Both the position numbers and the translations under genes were made by a program. A stretch of 63,770 nt of DNA, filler included, from Nemertoderma westbladi (taxonomy: Eukaryota; Animalia; Xenacoelomorpha): NCBI GenBank assembly GCA_032718475.1. It is 4 parts of 4 records of this genome, joined end to end, with 100 filler letters (N's around TTAATTAATTAA, not from the genome) between each part and the next. Parts side by side here need not be neighbours in the genome. Positions count along the whole stretch, not along the records: positions 57,798 to 63,770 come from JAUCBJ010004392.1; 3 more parts are not named here. One strand, given 5' to 3'. The notes under the pieces are model-generated. The model was not told the DNA's origin, ran no database searches, and saw only the letters and a list, made by a program, of their open reading frames with translations. Shown in pieces: positions 60,277 through 63,770 of this stretch (the stretch's first letter is position 1; each line of letters begins with the position of its first letter).

Positions 60277-62406
60277 TTATCGTTCTATATTATCAGGAAT
60301 ATTTAAACCACTATAAGACCTATTGTTGGTCGTATTAGTACGAGCACCATTACTAGCTGCACCGGATGTAGTACAAATAGTATCTGTTAGGTTATCCAAT
60401 TGGATTGCAGTTCGGTGTCCGGCAGTTTCTGTGGGTCTGGGGATAGTTTGTAATGGGGTGGGAGCGTTCATATCGGAGTTTAATAGTTCCAACATACGTC
60501 CGTAACTATCAGATGTGGCGATGGACGCAATGTCCGTTACAGAATCCGTTACAGGAACAGAAACCGGCAAATTATATGACAGTTCCGAATGAGTCGAATG
60601 AGTAGTATTATCTGGAACCGACAACCCAATGATGTCGGTTCCTGTATGCGGCGGAACCGACAACCCAATGTCGGTTCCTGTATGCGGCGGAACCGACAAC
60701 CCAATGTCGGTTCCTGTATGCGGCGGAACCGACAACCCAATGATGTCGGTTCCTGTATGCGGCGGAACCGACAACCCAATGATGTCGGTTCCTGTATGCG
60801 GCGGAACCGACAACCCAATGATGTCGGTTCCTGTATGCGGCGGAACCGACAACCCAATAATGTCGGTTCCTGTATGCGGCGGAACCGACAACCCAATAAT
60901 GTCGGTTCCTGTATGCGGCGGAACCGACAATGTCGGGTTTACCTCCAAGTTTATCCGAATCGGAATCCTCCGTTTTTCCGGCCTCCGATACTTCCGATGG
61001 CGTCGGAATCCGGAATCGTCCAGATTTTCATCCGACTCGTCGCTGCTACAGATTCCGAGTCTGTCCGGAACTCGGAAACCGTCGGGATCGTTTACGGACA
61101 CGCCGGCGGTTTCCGGGCGGCGTTTTCGACACCGGTTGGCGTTCCGGACCCGGACGGCATCCGAACAGTGAGTCTCGATAACTGAGGGGCGACTCGCAAC
61201 AACTGCACCTGATTGGATAACATCCCGCTCTCGTGATTGGCCAACCGCCCCCCGCGCTCCCAATCCATCCCCCAGTTCCCCCTCTACCGCCCCCCTTTCC
61301 CCCTCCCCGCACTCCAACCTCCTCCTCACATACACCAGCCTCCGCACAATCTCCACCGCCTCTCTCCGACTAACAGTAGCGGCCGATTCTTCTGCACCAC
61401 CACGCGGCCGACCCAGGAACATATAATCAGCACGCCGACCGACGCTAGAGGTCCCCTCGGCGTCGGCGTCTATAATGGCCTGTACGACGTTATCGCTGAG
61501 GCGACTCACCCGTTCCTCCTCGCTGTCATCACTGCTGCTCACCCACCCGAGCAGCTCCTCCCCTCCCCTCCCCACCTCCACTCCCTCCTCCCCTCTCCTC
61601 GCTCCCCGGGGAGCGTTCTCCGACTCGTACCAACCCTCCGTCTCGCGTTGCAACAACGAGTCGAAGAACGCGACCATCCTGTGGTCCTCGTCCGTGGACC
61701 GCGACGAATAATCGTGGTTCATCAACATCCCCCCGTTGTTAATAACCATGGCGATGTAATCGTCGTGGCTGTAAGGAGTCCGGGACGGTGCGGGCCCGTC
61801 GTCTAGTAACCCCCCGACGCCGCCGGGCAACGGGAACACGGACCACAGTTTAATGAGTTTCTCTACGCCGCTGGTCGCGACGAGGTTGCGCTCCCGCGAG
61901 TAGCGGACGTGGTTGACGATGGAGCGGTGTCCGCGCAGCACGAAGGCGGGTTCCCGGACCCAGCGGCTCTCCCGGTTGCTAGGGACGCGCCACGCATAGA
62001 GACCGAAGTCGTTGGACCCCGAGAGGACGAATTGGTCGGAATCGCCCCCGAAACAGCCGGACTTCATGGTGCACGAGTTGGAGTATCCGACCGCGTCGAA
62101 CTGGTAGACGGCCGACGTGGAGGCGACGTCGTACAACGTCGGAGCGAGTCGTTCCCGCAATGCGAGGATCCGACCACCCTGGGAGTCGAATCGGACGTGC
62201 ATTGCGTTGTTACCGGTGTGGGGGTTGCCATAGCGATGGACGCAGTTGCGAGGGGAACGCACGTCCCACAGAGCGACGCCTTCCTTGGAGTTGGCGGTTG
62301 CGAGGAATCTGGGTTCCACAGGGTTGTAGGTGACCGTGTGGAACGGGGTGTCGTAATGGGCGAGGGTGAATGGGTCCGAAGCGGAACGTGTATCCCACAG
62401 TAACAC
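60277..62406 (-). CDS. DCAF5: DDB1- and CUL4-associated factor 5 (WDR22), large terminal exon; upstream exons not seen in the window
   Basis: NPVEPRFLATANSKEGVALWD, NSCTMKSGCF, LRGHRSIVNHVR, SGVEKLIKLWS, HDY..EDHRMVAFFDSL. Homology begins at VLLWD, directly after a poly-C CAG acceptor (phase 0). Confidence 0.95.
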   Translation of the reverse strand: MLLWDTRSASDPFTLAHYDTPFHTVTYNPVEPRFLATANSKEGVALWDVRSPRNCVHRYGNPHTGNNAMHVRFDSQGGRILALRERLAPTLYDVASTSAVYQFDAVGYSNSCTMKSGCFGGDSDQFVLSGSNDFGLYAWRVPSNRESRWVREPAFVLRGHRSIVNHVRYSRERNLVATSGVEKLIKLWSVFPLPGGVGGLLDDGPAPSRTPYSHDDYIAMVINNGGMLMNHDYSSRSTDEDHRMVAFFDSLLQRETEGWYESENAPRGARRGEEGVEVGRGGEELLGWVSSSDDSEEERVSRLSDNVVQAIIDADAEGTSSVGRRADYMFLGRPRGGAEESAATVSRREAVEIVRRLVYVRRRLECGEGERGAVEGELGDGLGARGAVGQSRERDVIQSGAVVASRPSVIETHCSDAVRVRNANRCRKRRPETAGVSVNDPDGFRVPDRLGICSSDESDENLDDSGFRRHRKYRRPEKRRIPIRINLEVNPTLSVPPHTGTDIIGLSVPPHTGTDIIGLSVPPHTGTDIIGLSVPPHTGTDIIGLSVPPHTGTDIIGLSVPPHTGTDIGLSVPPHTGTDIGLSVPPHTGTDIIGLSVPDNTTHSTHSELSYNLPVSVPVTDSVTDIASIATSDSYGRMLELLNSDMNAPTPLQTIPRPTETAGHRTAIQLDNLTDTICTTSGAASNGARTNTTNNRSYSGLNIPDNIER
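60612..60935 (-). repeat. In-frame coding tandem repeat in the DCAF5 tail, 8 x 39/36 bp, LSVPPHTGTDI(I)G
   Basis: Both unit lengths are multiples of 3. Each unit has a 10-bp inverted repeat TGTCGGTTCC/GGAACCGACA. Confidence 0.93.
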
Positions 62407-63770
62407 CTGGGGGGGGGGGGGGGGGGTAATAAAAATAATAACACTGCTGAGAGAGAACATCAACAGTAAAACAGTAGTAGTAGTGTGTACGCTATAACAG
62501 TGAAATAATAATAAAATTAAAGAGGTGTTCAAATTAATTTCACTATTTACAATATTGGTTGCAAAAAAGCAAAATTAAAAAACCAATATTTGTATTTATG
62601 CTATAAGGGGGGGGGGGTGGGGGGGGGGGGGCTTGACCATCTCGGCGAATTAATATCTCGTCTCAATGTTAAATAATGAATCAAGGGAAAGGAACAAGTT
62701 ATATTGGCACGTTATTCTAACCAAAACAATAAACTAAAGTCAAAAGTCAGTAGAATAGTTTTCAGAGTAATCTGCCGTTATTTGCGCCGATTTTTAAGTT
62801 TAATTTTTAAGTTTTTTAAGTTAAGTTTGTATACCCAAACCAGAAATAAATATATTCTCCGGTTTGGGGGTCGCCACTCATGTAATCTGGGAATTTGATA
62901 AAAGTTTAACGTGTTATGGTACGAACTACCATAGCAACGGCAAGCAGGGGCGGTTCTAGGATTTTGCTTGGGGGGGGGGGGGGGGGGGGGGAAATATTAA
63001 ATTTGCTGAGGTCTATTTTTCGGACTTGTAAATGGCTCCACGCAAGCAGTGGAGTCCAATCTGGACACGTTTATAAACGCCAGGTTTAAATCGTTCAAAA
63101 AAACATTTCCAACAACAACTTTGTCTAAATCCGTCTACTCTAATTATCTAATTATTTAGTTAATGGAAGGGTCGATGCCGTCAGCTGGTGGTAACCCGTA
63201 TCGTTCCAAAGATGGGGAGGAGAGATGCGACGTGTGTGGCACTCCTTTCCATTAATTTGTAATGATATCGTTTATTGTTTTGGTTAGTTAGGTCTCGTAA
63301 TCGGTATGGAGATGGTGTTCTGCGCAATAAAATAATTATCTTATACTTAATTATTTAAGAGGCAATAAATATACTTTAGTATTTTAGCCGCACAAACTTT
63401 CATAACATGTGTGGTAGTGGAAAATATTGAAGTAATTAAATGACAGACTGAGTTTAATTTGACTTAAATGCAATGGGCCATTATTTGTATTTCTAACCCT
63501 GTTGAAAATTATTAATTCAGAGTTCAGACTATATATTTTAATTGCAAAATTATATTATATTAAGAAATTTACTGCTTAAATTTACTTGCACATGCCTTAA
63601 ACCACCAAGCCACTGAATTTACCAATGGAGATATTTCCAGTGACCATACCATGGACCAATCGCAGGAGACATCTACCTTCTCACCTGTAACACCTTCACA
63701 TGTGCAATGTGGATAGTGCTGAAAGGCTATGCAACCAATACAGAACCAAACTACTATGTTTGTATGTTGG

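Noticed and set aside
62407-62532. ORF-track N-terminus of DCAF5 (MNTSLILL...PPPPPQ)
   Set aside because: It starts at TTG, is AT-rich and has no homology. It is intron sequence read through the poly-C acceptor.
63160-63255. GC-rich insert bounded by TTAATGGAAGG...CCTTTCCATTAA as a structured RNA or DCAF5 exon
   Set aside because: The inverted repeat is short, no RNA family is recognisable, and it does not encode the expected DCAF5 sequence.

Overview
This is eukaryotic DNA from an invertebrate animal, probably a bilaterian. It is four separate contigs (1-15689, 15790-36968, 37069-57697, 57798-63770) joined by artificial 100-bp spacers (N44-TTAATTAATTAA-N44), so adjacency across spacers means nothing. 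There are five recognisable host genes: a fibrinogen-domain protein, ARPC1, PRPF31, a bestrophin, and the terminal exon of DCAF5. ARPC1, PRPF31 and bestrophin are intact single-exon ORFs, although the intergenic DNA is large and repeat-rich. The rest is transposon debris (a frameshifted Transib, RTE-type and CRE-type non-LTR fragments, hAT/PIF/Kolobok MITEs, SINE heads) plus about a dozen minisatellites. Most interesting signals: (1) apparent wholesale intron loss without genome compaction; (2) strand-specific hairpins built from tandem G-A mismatches and GNA triloops, suggesting a single-stranded-DNA mobile element; (3) a 40-bp satellite born from the last codons of a CRE retrotransposon ORF; (4) dense TA-anchored short motifs resembling transposon excision footprints; (5) a dispersed repeat carrying clustered extended CTCF-like sites. 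All calls were made by eye; no searches were run.
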